Positions 38,233-48,234 of a stretch of DNA of 64,000 bases are shown piece after piece. Source of the stretch: Flectonema sp. DT1601 (taxonomy: Eukaryota); contig OZ025792.1 of the NCBI GenBank assembly GCA_964019425.1, positions 868,001 through 932,000 on the forward strand, written 5' to 3'. A program made the translations under genes and the position numbers. Every line of letters starts with the position of its first letter. Positions within the stretch are counted from its first letter, which is position 1. The notes under the pieces are model-generated. The model was given only the letters and a program-made list of their open reading frames with translations. It did not search any database and had not been told where the DNA came from.

Positions 38233-39330
38233 GTTATTAGAAAATAAGGAGCCGCGGACAAACTGAAGAGGGGGTAAATTGATATGTCAGCCGCAGCGTC
38301 AACAAGTACACCAAAACATATGAATCTGAAGAAATGATAATATAAAAAAACACTAACTACATCAACATACTCAAAGAATAACAATTGACAATACGAATGG
38401 GGGAAGACAACGGGACGAGGATAATACTAAAACACAAGAATGGTAACACGCACGAATTTTTATTTTATTTTGAAACAAAGAACTGATAATAGGAAACAGA
38501 AACAGTGAATCCACAACAGAGATTCAATATTTCTCTTTGACCCGATTGTACTGATATGAAAATACTGATGTAATGTATCTGCAGGTCCTCTTCATTTATT
38601 ACTACCAGAGAGCAAGAAATTTCAATTTTACTGGTGTGTTTTTTTTCTTCTTTTTATTGTTTTATTAAAAAACCACGACGATTTTTTTTTTCTTTTCTTT
38701 TCTTTTTTTTTTTTCCTCGTGGGTACACACCAAACTTAATAGTAACAATGGAAACAACTTGTCCGCAACTGAGGAAATCGACGTGAATTGTCAACGGCAG
38801 ACTTGCAAGGAAAAAAAGAAAACTATTCAGATAAGCCTCATATTTTATTAATCGAAGTTAGTAATACTGACGCATACAAATGGGAACGACGACTATAATA
38901 AATAAAGCGGCTCTTAATCTGAATTAGTTTCCTTCCCCGACTTCGACGGTGCAAAAACAAAAAAAAAAAAATCGAACAAACAATATTTCAGTTATCTGGT
39001 AGTTCTGCGAGGCGTAACACGGGATTATAGATGGCAGGCTATAAAAAAAAAAAAAAAAACAATTGTGGTAATGGCGTTCGTGTGTCAAAACAAAAAAAGA
39101 AAAAAATAGTAGACACAAGTAAAACAACAAGGCATTAAAGAAAAAAAAGATTATAGAGATAAAACTATTTTTCTGATTATCTTAGCCTTGTTGCCGAACG
39201 CAACAAGGGAAACAAAACAGCAATTGAAGTGTGTTTGCTTGTCCGCTGAACAGTAGACACAAAAGAATTTCAAAAGATAAAAATCTTCCCTTCCGTTTTA
39301 TCTTTAACAACTACAGTCACATTGGATGTC

Positions 39331-39364
<34 letters not shown>

Positions 39365-40405
39365 ACTCTGATTGTTTTGAAATATTAAATAACTATATCG
39401 CAGCTACTTAAAAGTATGCGAAGCAACCTTAGAAAATATCAAAGTGACTTTTATACATAATTAGAGTACAGGAACAGGGATGGTATTATTCGCAGAGGCA
39501 CACCATCCTTTTCCTGAGCGTAATTCCGATTCTACACAAGAAAAACATGACTGGTGGAGTTCTTCATCAGAAGTATTTCCTTTCAATCTAAGGTTTAATA
39601 AAACTAGGTTTGAAGGAAAACATAAAAAAGGGAAATAAAAATTAAAAAAATATGAAAAAGATTTCTCTTTCTCAGTTGAAGGGAGGCCATAATCCTTTCC
39701 AGGGAACACTATGGAGCAACGCATAGAACGAAAAACTAATGAGGTAACAGAGATTATACAAAGAAACGCATATGAAAAAAAAGGAGAAAAAAAACTTGAC
39801 CGACATCTTGATTTGCTAAGCGTGAAGGGGAAATTTTTCGAATTTGCCTAGCTAATCTGGTTGATGCTGTGGTGCAACTTAGTTATCTGAAAATGCGTCC
39901 TTTGTAAGCTGAGGAAACAAAAGAAAAGAAAAAAAACAGATACAAACAGAACAAATACCACCAATGTGGAAGAATAAGCGCTGGGGATGGGGAGGGACTA
40001 GTTAGTTAGACTACAATAACCAGAGCGCTTACAAAGCAAAAAATAGACAAAAATCACAACCATAAAATACATTCTGTAGTCATTAGAATGCTATCAACAA
40101 AGACCTCCAAAAACGAGAACAAAGTCAACACCATCATCGTGATTCCGTAAATGCAAACTTTTTAATGTGATGATCAGCCATAAATTGCACAATCTCTTTT
40201 GGAAGGAATTGCTATCCTCCATTAGGTCTGCAATGAGCGAGGCTATTTCATCTTACATTTGGGTTAAGAAAACCGATCCATTAAAACAGACATAGTAAGC
40301 TATGCGTAAATACAATTAGTGAGTGATACAAGAACACCTTGACTAAGAAGGCGGATTATCGAAGTTCATCCTATGCAAAGTATACTCTGCGGGTGTCAAA
40401 TGACC

Positions 40406-41321
40406 TCATCCGGATGCTTCTAGTTCAGTCTGAGGAGTAAATGTCACCTTCCTCTTCAACAGTTGCTGAGCATCATGGAAATCGTACTCTGCAGTCTTCA
40501 TCGCGTTAACGGCGCTGTTGAAAAATTGGTTGTTTTTTTTGTTCCCTACTCTTTTTAATTCTCAAAAGTGATGAACATTACAAGACATACCGAGCCAATG
40601 CGTGAGGTGATTGATTGCACGCTTCGAGAATTCTAGCGAGGTGATGATGTTGTGTAGGCAATGCTTCCATTGGACAAGAGTCAGGCACGAGAGAGTACAC
40701 CTGAAGTGATGATCGTCTTCCACTTGGAGAGTCGTCTCCCTCTTCTTTTAGAGCAATTGGATCGAGGGGAGCTGGTGGAGGCGGTCTTGAAGGAGCAGCG
40801 CTTGTAATCTTTTTATTAAGTGGACTTCCTTCTGGTATTGGTGATTGAGGAGACTCTGCATCCTCCTCATCATCAACAGGAGGCAATAACTTAGCGTGTA
40901 CTTCCTTCTTGGCAACCTTTCTCTTTCTTGGAGAGACTTTCTTCTTCTGAGGAGACATCTTAGGAGAAGCAGCAGCAGATTTTTTTGAAGGCGGTTTCAC
41001 TGACACCGGCATGAGTGGTGGAGGTTTAACTACTTGCAGTAAGAGTTTAATACCGGAGAAGGTACCTTCTTCACACGCAGCGACTGTTTCCAATGCCTTA
41101 GTTTTCTTAACGAGCTTCGGGCTTTTCATCGGACTCTTTCCTCTCCCAGTTTTCGGAGGGGGTGCTAAATTCGAAGGTTTCTTGCGCTCAATTTTTGTAA
41201 TATTACCCGTGCTGTTGCGTCTGTTTGGAGTTCCTGGTGATCGAGGAGCTGAGTAGGTACCACTGTTGCCCGACATCGGTGACTTCGGAGTGCCTGTCGG
41301 TGATTTCTTAGCCCCAGCCAT
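40406..41321 (-). CDS. Hypothetical Pro/Ser/Lys-rich protein, 2 exons, ~279 aa
   Basis: ATG at 41321 (MAGAKKSP) after a CAG at ~41332; many SP/TP motifs. Phase-2 intron 40590-40515 (GTATG...CAACAG) continues RAVNAMKTAEYDF...EASG*. Confidence 0.75.
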
Positions 41322-41602
41322 GTTTTTGTATCTGAAATGAGAATAATAACATTCTGAAATACTAACATATCCAACAGACACACACGATTCGAAGATAACT
41401 TGTAGAAAAGAACATTCGAACTATCAAAAGGGTCGTCATCACTCAACCCAATCTTAGAATCGAATAATTTATTTTAATAAAAACCTACTTAGTGTACGAA
41501 GGGAACAACAAGTGTAATAAAGGAATTCCCTGAAGGCAATGCAATACGAACTCAATACGAACTTACTGAACGAATGAAACAAAAATAACAAAACGGAAAC
41601 AA

Positions 41603-41915
41603 AGGAGCTTCGGTTCGGTGTAGAGTGTAGTCTTCGAAGTTCCTGGCAACGATGATCGCGTAACAGCTGCTATTGGCTCGCCTTCAAGATGCTGAAGGTG
41701 CACACAATCCCCTTAAGAAGGGCGGCACCGTCTGGAAAAAGGACGTAGAACGCCTAAGACCTAAGCGACGAGCGCCCCTACTGAAGGGTCGAGATCTCGT
41801 TCGTTAACGGAATCAACCAGACAAATCGCCAGCTGTTTTATGAAGTTTTCCTCAACTCCCCTCGGCATGTAGACGACTCCGATAACTACTACCTGGAACG
41901 AATCTAATAAAGTCT
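41603..41915. ncRNA. Candidate multi-hairpin structured RNA of unknown class
   Basis: GC-richer intergenic block with closing helix AACAGCTG/CAGCTGTT enclosing about six short hairpins, plus flanking hairpins; no ORF of 60 aa or more. Confidence 0.35.
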
Positions 41916-41935
41916 TCAACACAAGACTTGACTGT

Positions 41936-42298
41936 TCACCGAGTTAGGAGCCTACCACCTCCTATTGTGCCGTGACGTCCACTTTGTTGATTAAATTGAT
42001 CATTAACATGATAACTAATGGTACTATTTGGTATCACATCCATCCCTGGAAAACCTGCTGGAGCAGAGTGTCTCGGTAGCATTGTTGACAGAGATGGATC
42101 TGTTCCTCTGTTAGAAACATTACTTCTAATTGTTTGGAGGTGAATTGCTTTAGTGGCTGATGAGACAGAACTGTTTTTCATACTTAATTCTGGTATCGAT
42201 GAGAAGTTAGCTGACGGGTATTGTGATTTGTACCGAAGAAGCTTTTCATTGGGATTCGGCCTCTGATTTCCAACTAAATAACCAACCAGTCCAGACAT
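41936..42298 (-). CDS. Hypothetical protein (120 aa)
   Basis: ATG-initiated ORF with ACAG acceptor ~11 nt upstream; no family recognised. Confidence 0.6.
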   Translation of the reverse strand: MSGLVGYLVGNQRPNPNEKLLRYKSQYPSANFSSIPELSMKNSSVSSATKAIHLQTIRSNVSNRGTDPSLSTMLPRHSAPAGFPGMDVIPNSTISYHVNDQFNQQSGRHGTIGGGRLLTR

Positions 42299-42815
42299 GT
42301 TTTGGGAACTGTTGTTTGAAGTTATTTGGAAAGGTAATTTAATTTTGATATCGCGATTGACACTACAGCAACCTTAATAATATGATAAGAATAAGACATT
42401 TCAAAAAATGAAAAAAAAAAAGAAAAATAAAAAAGGGAATGAAAACAAGTTGAACGGCAAGGTGGCTCAACATAACTTGAAATAATATTTCACACAACTC
42501 TAAGTTTTTTTTTTTTCCCCCTTCTCAAATTTGGATTATTTCCTTTTTTTTTTTTTTTTATTCCCAAAAAAGAAAACGAGTCTGTCCTACGAAAAACACT
42601 GACAACCGACGGTAGTTTGAAAAAAAAAGAGAAAAAAAAAAGGTTTTCTTAAAAAGTAGAAAAGAGAATAATATGACCAAAATGCAGATATTTTCCCATC
42701 GACTGATCGTAAGACAAAAAGAAGAAGTGAATTCATGATCCTGACTTTCTTACTAGTGTCGATAACAACTAGGATTACTTCTTGTGATGACAAACCTTTC
42801 TCAGACCTTGGGTAT

Positions 42816-43913
42816 CTATTTGTCTTTTGGTTTTTTTCCGTCAAAAATGGCGCTTAGGGATACCTCACTATGGGTGCGTTCAATTGCCTCAGCTAACATA
42901 GGGGCTATGCTGATAGTTCTGATCTTCCCGCAATTCTTTGCCCTCTCGGTATCAACGCTGTCAGTGATTACAAGTTCTTTGAGAATATCACAGTTGGTAA
43001 CTCTTTCAGAAGCAGGGTCAGTAAGAATCCCATGCGTTACAAGTGCGTACACTGATCTACCTCCCCTTGTTGCAACGAGATCGGCAGCAGAGATGAGAGT
43101 CCCAGCTGTGTCAACCAAGTCATCGATAATAATACAAATCTGATCTTCAACATCCCCAACCATTTCCATCTTTGCTGGTTCAGATCCCATCGATCTTCGC
43201 TTCAATATAGTGACAACACCACGAGCATTTACTAAGTTTGCTAAGCTTCTTGCTCTCTCTACTCCACTTGCATCAGGTGCCACGATAGTGATGTCGGTGT
43301 TGGTTCTTTCTTTTCCGATATTTTCCTTCTCACAAATGGTGTTTAAAATATACTTTGAAAACTCCAAATGAACAGGAAGATTATCAACTGGACAGTTATG
43401 AAAGAAACCTTGAATCTGACCACAATGAAGATCAACAGTCATTACTCTATCGACTCCAAGACACTGGATTAGTTGCGCCATTGCTGATGCAGAGATTGGT
43501 ACGCGAGGTTTAGTCTTACGATCCTGTCTTGAATAAGCAAGGTATGGAATTATTGCTGTAATACGACCTGCTCCTTGTAATTTAAGAGAGTGAATTGCTA
43601 ACAATGCTTCCATGACAGAGGTGTTAAGATCTTGTTCACCACCTGCCATTGGTTGAATAAGATACACATCATCACCCATAACTTCTCCAGCATTTATCGT
43701 AAGCTCTTCATTAGCCGCTTGATTGACTTCGAATCCTGGAGTTGGATCCAATTGCAATATCTTACATATGTCGTTTGCTAAGTTATTATTAGCCCTCCCA
43801 CTAACAACTCTGAGTCGATACTTCTTCTCAGCAGCATGCGCCTTATCTCCCTGATAGAAGTGAGTCTGTTCGAATCTCTCTCTGTCTTCAGGTGCTATGT
43901 TGTTGTTGGTCAT
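42816..43913 (-). CDS. PRS: Ribose-phosphate pyrophosphokinase (PRPP synthetase)
   Basis: IPYLAYSRQDRK, VDLHCGQIQGFF, VAPDASG, IIIDDLVDTAGTL, THGIL. Confidence 0.96.
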   Translation of the reverse strand: MTNNNIAPEDRERFEQTHFYQGDKAHAAEKKYRLRVVSGRANNNLANDICKILQLDPTPGFEVNQAANEELTINAGEVMGDDVYLIQPMAGGEQDLNTSVMEALLAIHSLKLQGAGRITAIIPYLAYSRQDRKTKPRVPISASAMAQLIQCLGVDRVMTVDLHCGQIQGFFHNCPVDNLPVHLEFSKYILNTICEKENIGKERTNTDITIVAPDASGVERARSLANLVNARGVVTILKRRSMGSEPAKMEMVGDVEDQICIIIDDLVDTAGTLISAADLVATRGGRSVYALVTHGILTDPASERVTNCDILKELVITDSVDTERAKNCGKIRTISIAPMLAEAIERTHSEVSLSAIFDGKKPKDK

Positions 43914-44095
43914 TTTATATTGTTATCTCCGACTGTTTGGAATTAATAATTGTACTAATAAAAACTACTCAATAAGGTATCTTAAATACTGCATTTGATC
44001 TAACAGGACACCAACGGGTGAATGTACATCCCGAGAGGGAATCGAACAGAACAACAATATAACCATTGATGAGATGCTCCCGTCATACTAACCGA

Positions 44096-45742
44096 TCAGG
44101 CATCCTTTGCTCGGACTGAGCCGACAGAGAGTTGTCGGTGACGCCTTCTCCGTCCCTTTGTCAAAACTTCCTTTTTCTCATCCTCGTTAATGTCATCGTC
44201 GGGTTTTTCATTTTTTTGAACGTCGAGTTTCTTAAATTTCAATTCATCACTTTCTTTAATGACGCCTTGCTGGTGGAGCATCGTACGATGGTTTTCGATT
44301 GCTTTCTCCAGCGCTGCTTCCTTTTGTTCATCATTACGCTTGGTGTAGCTAGATTGTAATCCTTTGTCAGCCATAACACCAAGTGAAAGATTACCTACTG
44401 CAGAAGTTGTCTTCAAGAAAGGTCTTTGAGGGTTGCTCGGGTCAAACGGAGGTTGACTCTCTCCCACAACCATTAAGTCTTTTGGTAATATTCTTTTAAG
44501 AGCGTGACGTGTAACTAAACAAGTAACAGCATAATCTGCAAATCCATTATATAAAATAAAACCTCCTACATGAGCCATCACCATCACAGACGTTTCAATG
44601 TAATAATGTCCTGTGAAGATCGCAGCAATTGTTAACCTCAGTGGAAGTAATCTAAGTGATGCGGAGACTGACATTGGCCTACTGAATCTTCGTGAATTCT
44701 GAATCAGTTCTTTTGCTAAGTAGTCGTGCGGTTTTAAACATTCCCACATCCATAGTCTTGAGAATATGTATACACCAGCTAAAATATTTGAACAAACACC
44801 TGCTCTTATATACATGTCTGAATATTTCTCTATTCTTGCTGCAGCCCAAGGATCTCCTGTAAGTTTTATATGTAACGGACGATATGCTGTTCCTTTATCG
44901 TTTAGTTTCTCTTCCATTATAATAATTTTCATTTCTTTGTCGTCATATTTTATTGTACTCCGATCAGAAAGTGGTATTCCTGGACAGTACTGTTCGAGTA
45001 GTTTTGTCCATCTGTCGTATGTTACGTTGCCTTCTATTGGTTTTGGGAGATGATTATTAACATCTCTGTCACTTGTGATGAACCAATACCTAAAAGGGAA
45101 CGATAACAATCCCATCGCACTGGTCACCATGAATGGGATCATTATTTTTAGTGCTTTTTCGGAGGTTCCGAATGTTACGTTGTAGTCATCTGCAGTTCCT
45201 GCGATCATTTGATTTCTGTTACGAATATAAGCAATCTTTCCAGTGAAGACATTTGCCCATCTTTCCAAAGCGTTGAAAACTCCATCGTCTCTCCAGTATG
45301 AATTATCTTCTGATTCAGAAATTGCTTCTAAGATTTCCTTATCCTGATGAAGTGTTTGAGTCATAGTCGATGCGTTGTTGGTATTTTCTAATCGAGTGCT
45401 CCAGACTTTCCCAGATGGAAAATGTACAGCATAAATCATACAATCACCCGACTTATGCAGAAGAGAGTAAATCTTGTGAGTTTCAGATTGGAATAATACC
45501 TTGGTTGTTAGATACATGTTATTACTACCCCAACACTTTGTTAATGTGTTTCTTGTTAATCCATCCTTTGTTGCTACTATAGGTACGCCTATGAAATACC
45601 ACAGAAAGGAAACTGATCCCGCAGTTATTCCAAACAACAAAGACACTTCTCCAGTCAGCTGTCTAGTTCGTGCGTTTGCTGTTCTGTTTGACGAAGTTGC
45701 AGCTTCCTTTATGGTGTTAAATATGAACCGTCTCCATGTCAT
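44096..45742 (-). CDS. Hypothetical multi-pass membrane protein (548 aa), probably mitochondrial
   Basis: MTWRRF presequence-like start, several hydrophobic segments, charged C-terminus; no family recognised. Confidence 0.75.
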   Translation of the reverse strand: MTWRRFIFNTIKEAATSSNRTANARTRQLTGEVSLLFGITAGSVSFLWYFIGVPIVATKDGLTRNTLTKCWGSNNMYLTTKVLFQSETHKIYSLLHKSGDCMIYAVHFPSGKVWSTRLENTNNASTMTQTLHQDKEILEAISESEDNSYWRDDGVFNALERWANVFTGKIAYIRNRNQMIAGTADDYNVTFGTSEKALKIMIPFMVTSAMGLLSFPFRYWFITSDRDVNNHLPKPIEGNVTYDRWTKLLEQYCPGIPLSDRSTIKYDDKEMKIIIMEEKLNDKGTAYRPLHIKLTGDPWAAARIEKYSDMYIRAGVCSNILAGVYIFSRLWMWECLKPHDYLAKELIQNSRRFSRPMSVSASLRLLPLRLTIAAIFTGHYYIETSVMVMAHVGGFILYNGFADYAVTCLVTRHALKRILPKDLMVVGESQPPFDPSNPQRPFLKTTSAVGNLSLGVMADKGLQSSYTKRNDEQKEAALEKAIENHRTMLHQQGVIKESDELKFKKLDVQKNEKPDDDINEDEKKEVLTKGRRRRHRQLSVGSVRAKDA

Positions 45743-46280
45743 GCTTTTATTTTTTAGGTCTGGCGGAAAAGAAACAAAAGAGTTAAAACATCCTCACAAG
45801 TCACAAAAGGGAACGACGGAGACATCTGTTTCAGCAGCAGTCCAAAATGTACGGTCTGGAGTCCGTCATTTACACAATTTGTCTCTAATCAGGGAGGTTT
45901 TCAATTTGTTATTGAAAGAAGGAAGTTTGTTATTTTTGATACTTGTTTAGGTGGAAGTTCTGTTTTATATTTAATCTGAGGAAAGGTGAATACAACAAGA
46001 AGAGACTGCTCGTTTATTCATCGCAGGGATGACTTTATTTCTCCACTCGAAGAAATAAAGTGATTAAGTAATCTTCTTTACCACATCTCAGTACAGCAAA
46101 CACCAGGTACAGGTAATCGTAACAAAAGTAAAATACGAGCGAGTAAGTATCAAGTGAAGGAGAAGCCTCCAAGTTGATTGATGTTAAATTAGTAAGTTCT
46201 GGTACACCAGATTTAGTTTGTCACATTCAATGTGTTGGCTGAAAAGCCGATATGAAATTCATTTTATTATTTCCCCTCAA

Positions 46281-47270
46281 TTACGAGGAGTCGGAATCGG
46301 AGTCGCTTAGTTGTCTGTCGCACCTCCTCCTTTTTGTTTTTGCTGTTTTAGCAGCTGTTGTTGCTTCTTTTAGATTGCCACTAAGAAGATGTTTTCTGAG
46401 TGGATCTTTCATCCTCTCAATCGCGTATCTGAGACCTTCTCTTGAAAAATGATTGTAGTTGTCGACGATGAATTTGACGACAGTCTTTAGATCGTCTTGA
46501 CCGAGTTCTCTTAAAACCCATCCAACTCCAAGTTGGACGAACCGTTCTTCAGAAGTAACGCAATTACTACAAATCTTTAATATCACATCATTGTGATTCC
46601 CATGCTTTGCTAACACCACAAATGAAACACATGAGCTTCGCTGTCTCCAGATGCACTCTGCTGTTGACCATTTTAACATCAATTTAGCAACATTTTCATC
46701 CTCATTAACAACGTATCTTATCACAGTGCTGCTCAACATGTCGCATGTTGCCCAGTCGTACACATGTTCATCAATAACAGTTTCTAGTTCCTTTACGTGC
46801 TGTAGTGTCAAGTCTTTAACCTGAATTAGAATGTTTTTCTTATTTAATTAAAGTAGGGATTCCGGGGGAAGTTAAATTTTACGATGTTTCACTCGTTAAT
46901 TCGCACTGCTTGTGCATTCCGTATCGAACGTGAAGAGTGTAAAAAATGACATTTTCAGGAACATAGGAAATCGAGTGAATTTTCATACCCTGCTATTGAG
47001 AAAATAGATCGAAAGTCGTTTCTCTTCTTGGTATTTTGATGAAATAAGTTCCCTAAATCCAGTCATTATGTCTTCAATATCCCAGGTCTTAATGACCTTC
47101 TTTGGACAAACTTCTGTAAAAATACTCTTCACACCCGCAGTGCGCATTCCATGCAATTTTACAACCCCTTTGAAATATGCCGATATTTGTCGTGCGGTTT
47201 CAGGACAGCCTCGATCACGACAGAATTGTCTCATGGTGGTGACGGCAGTAGAACAACTCATCACCTTCAT
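46281..47270 (-). CDS. DNA alkylation repair enzyme (AlkD-like HEAT-repeat glycosylase), 2 exons, ~273 aa
   Basis: YFKG...HGMR, KYQEEK, WATCDML, WRQRSS, FVQLGVGWVLRE, LRYAIE. Intron 46988-46821 (GTATG...TTCAG), phase 0. Confidence 0.88.
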
Positions 47271-47554
47271 AATAAGACGGTCTTCGGAGGTTATAAAATT
47301 AGCTGGTAATTAAAATAAAATGAAACGTGTAATTTCTTTATTCATACAACAACGATGGTCTCTCAAAAACAGTCATGGGAATCAGACCCAAAACATAAAC
47401 ATCAACTAAATAACAATAACAAATCTAATGAAAAAAAACCAAAGACAAAAAAAACAAAAAAGAAAAAAAAAAGATTGTACAAGGCGATGATTATTACTTA
47501 CAAAGCGTAAGAATAATGCTCTGGATCTTTCGCATGAGAAAAATAATAATAAAA

Positions 47555-47962
47555 TTAATACACAAATTTCTTTCGAATTGGTGTTTGTAATTCAGACACA
47601 TCCCAGGGTGCAACTGGTGCGCAGTGAAGCGCATCACCAATTGGATACTCAACACCTGCTTTTCGCACAGCATCACCTGAAGTAGGTCGATTATCATAAA
47701 ACTGCTGATTATTCGATTGACGTTGTTGACTACTATTATTATACTGTGACATTGATCTTGGTTGAGGAGGTGCTGGTGGATACCCTACTCGATGTGGGGA
47801 ATGTGGATCAATTCTGTTGTTAGCTATCTCAACTGCCGGTCCACACCCTCTGCTGTTCCATCCACACTGCGTACAAAATACAACACTCACATCTCTTGAC
47901 CACAACATCCCACACCTTCCACAAAAATTAGGTGGAGTGGTACTCTCCCTTCTGTCGTTCAT
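47555..47962 (-). CDS. Small protein with N-terminal zinc ribbon (135 aa)
   Basis: FCGRCG...FCTQCG double CxxC followed by a P/Q/N-rich segment. Confidence 0.7.
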   Translation of the reverse strand: MNDRRESTTPPNFCGRCGMLWSRDVSVVFCTQCGWNSRGCGPAVEIANNRIDPHSPHRVGYPPAPPQPRSMSQYNNSSQQRQSNNQQFYDNRPTSGDAVRKAGVEYPIGDALHCAPVAPWDVSELQTPIRKKFVY

Positions 47963-48234
47963 TTTTATTTAACACAATACTCTAATAAGAAAGAAATTAT
48001 AATTTTTTTTTAAGGAGAACTATGTTAGATAAGTAGTATCGTTCTGACGGTTATGAAAATTTCGTAAATAATATGACGACGTCAAATGATACCACCTTGG
48101 ATAACGCATAAAAAGGGGACGAAACAATAACACAACTGGAACTACCTCAAAGAACATAAACACGGCTATGATGTTTTAATTGAGAAGTATCAACACGAAC
48201 AAAAATATCAGCAATTCGACAACTCTTCAGTTTT

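Noticed and set aside
41608..41636. U3 snoRNA 5' end (minus strand AAGACTACACTCTACACCGAACCG)
   Set aside because: Resembles the U3 GAC/box A start, but no C', B, C or D boxes follow.
41752..41766. Telomerase template-like repeat CCTAAGACCTAAG
   Set aside because: Does not template TTAGGG; better explained as a minus-strand hairpin.
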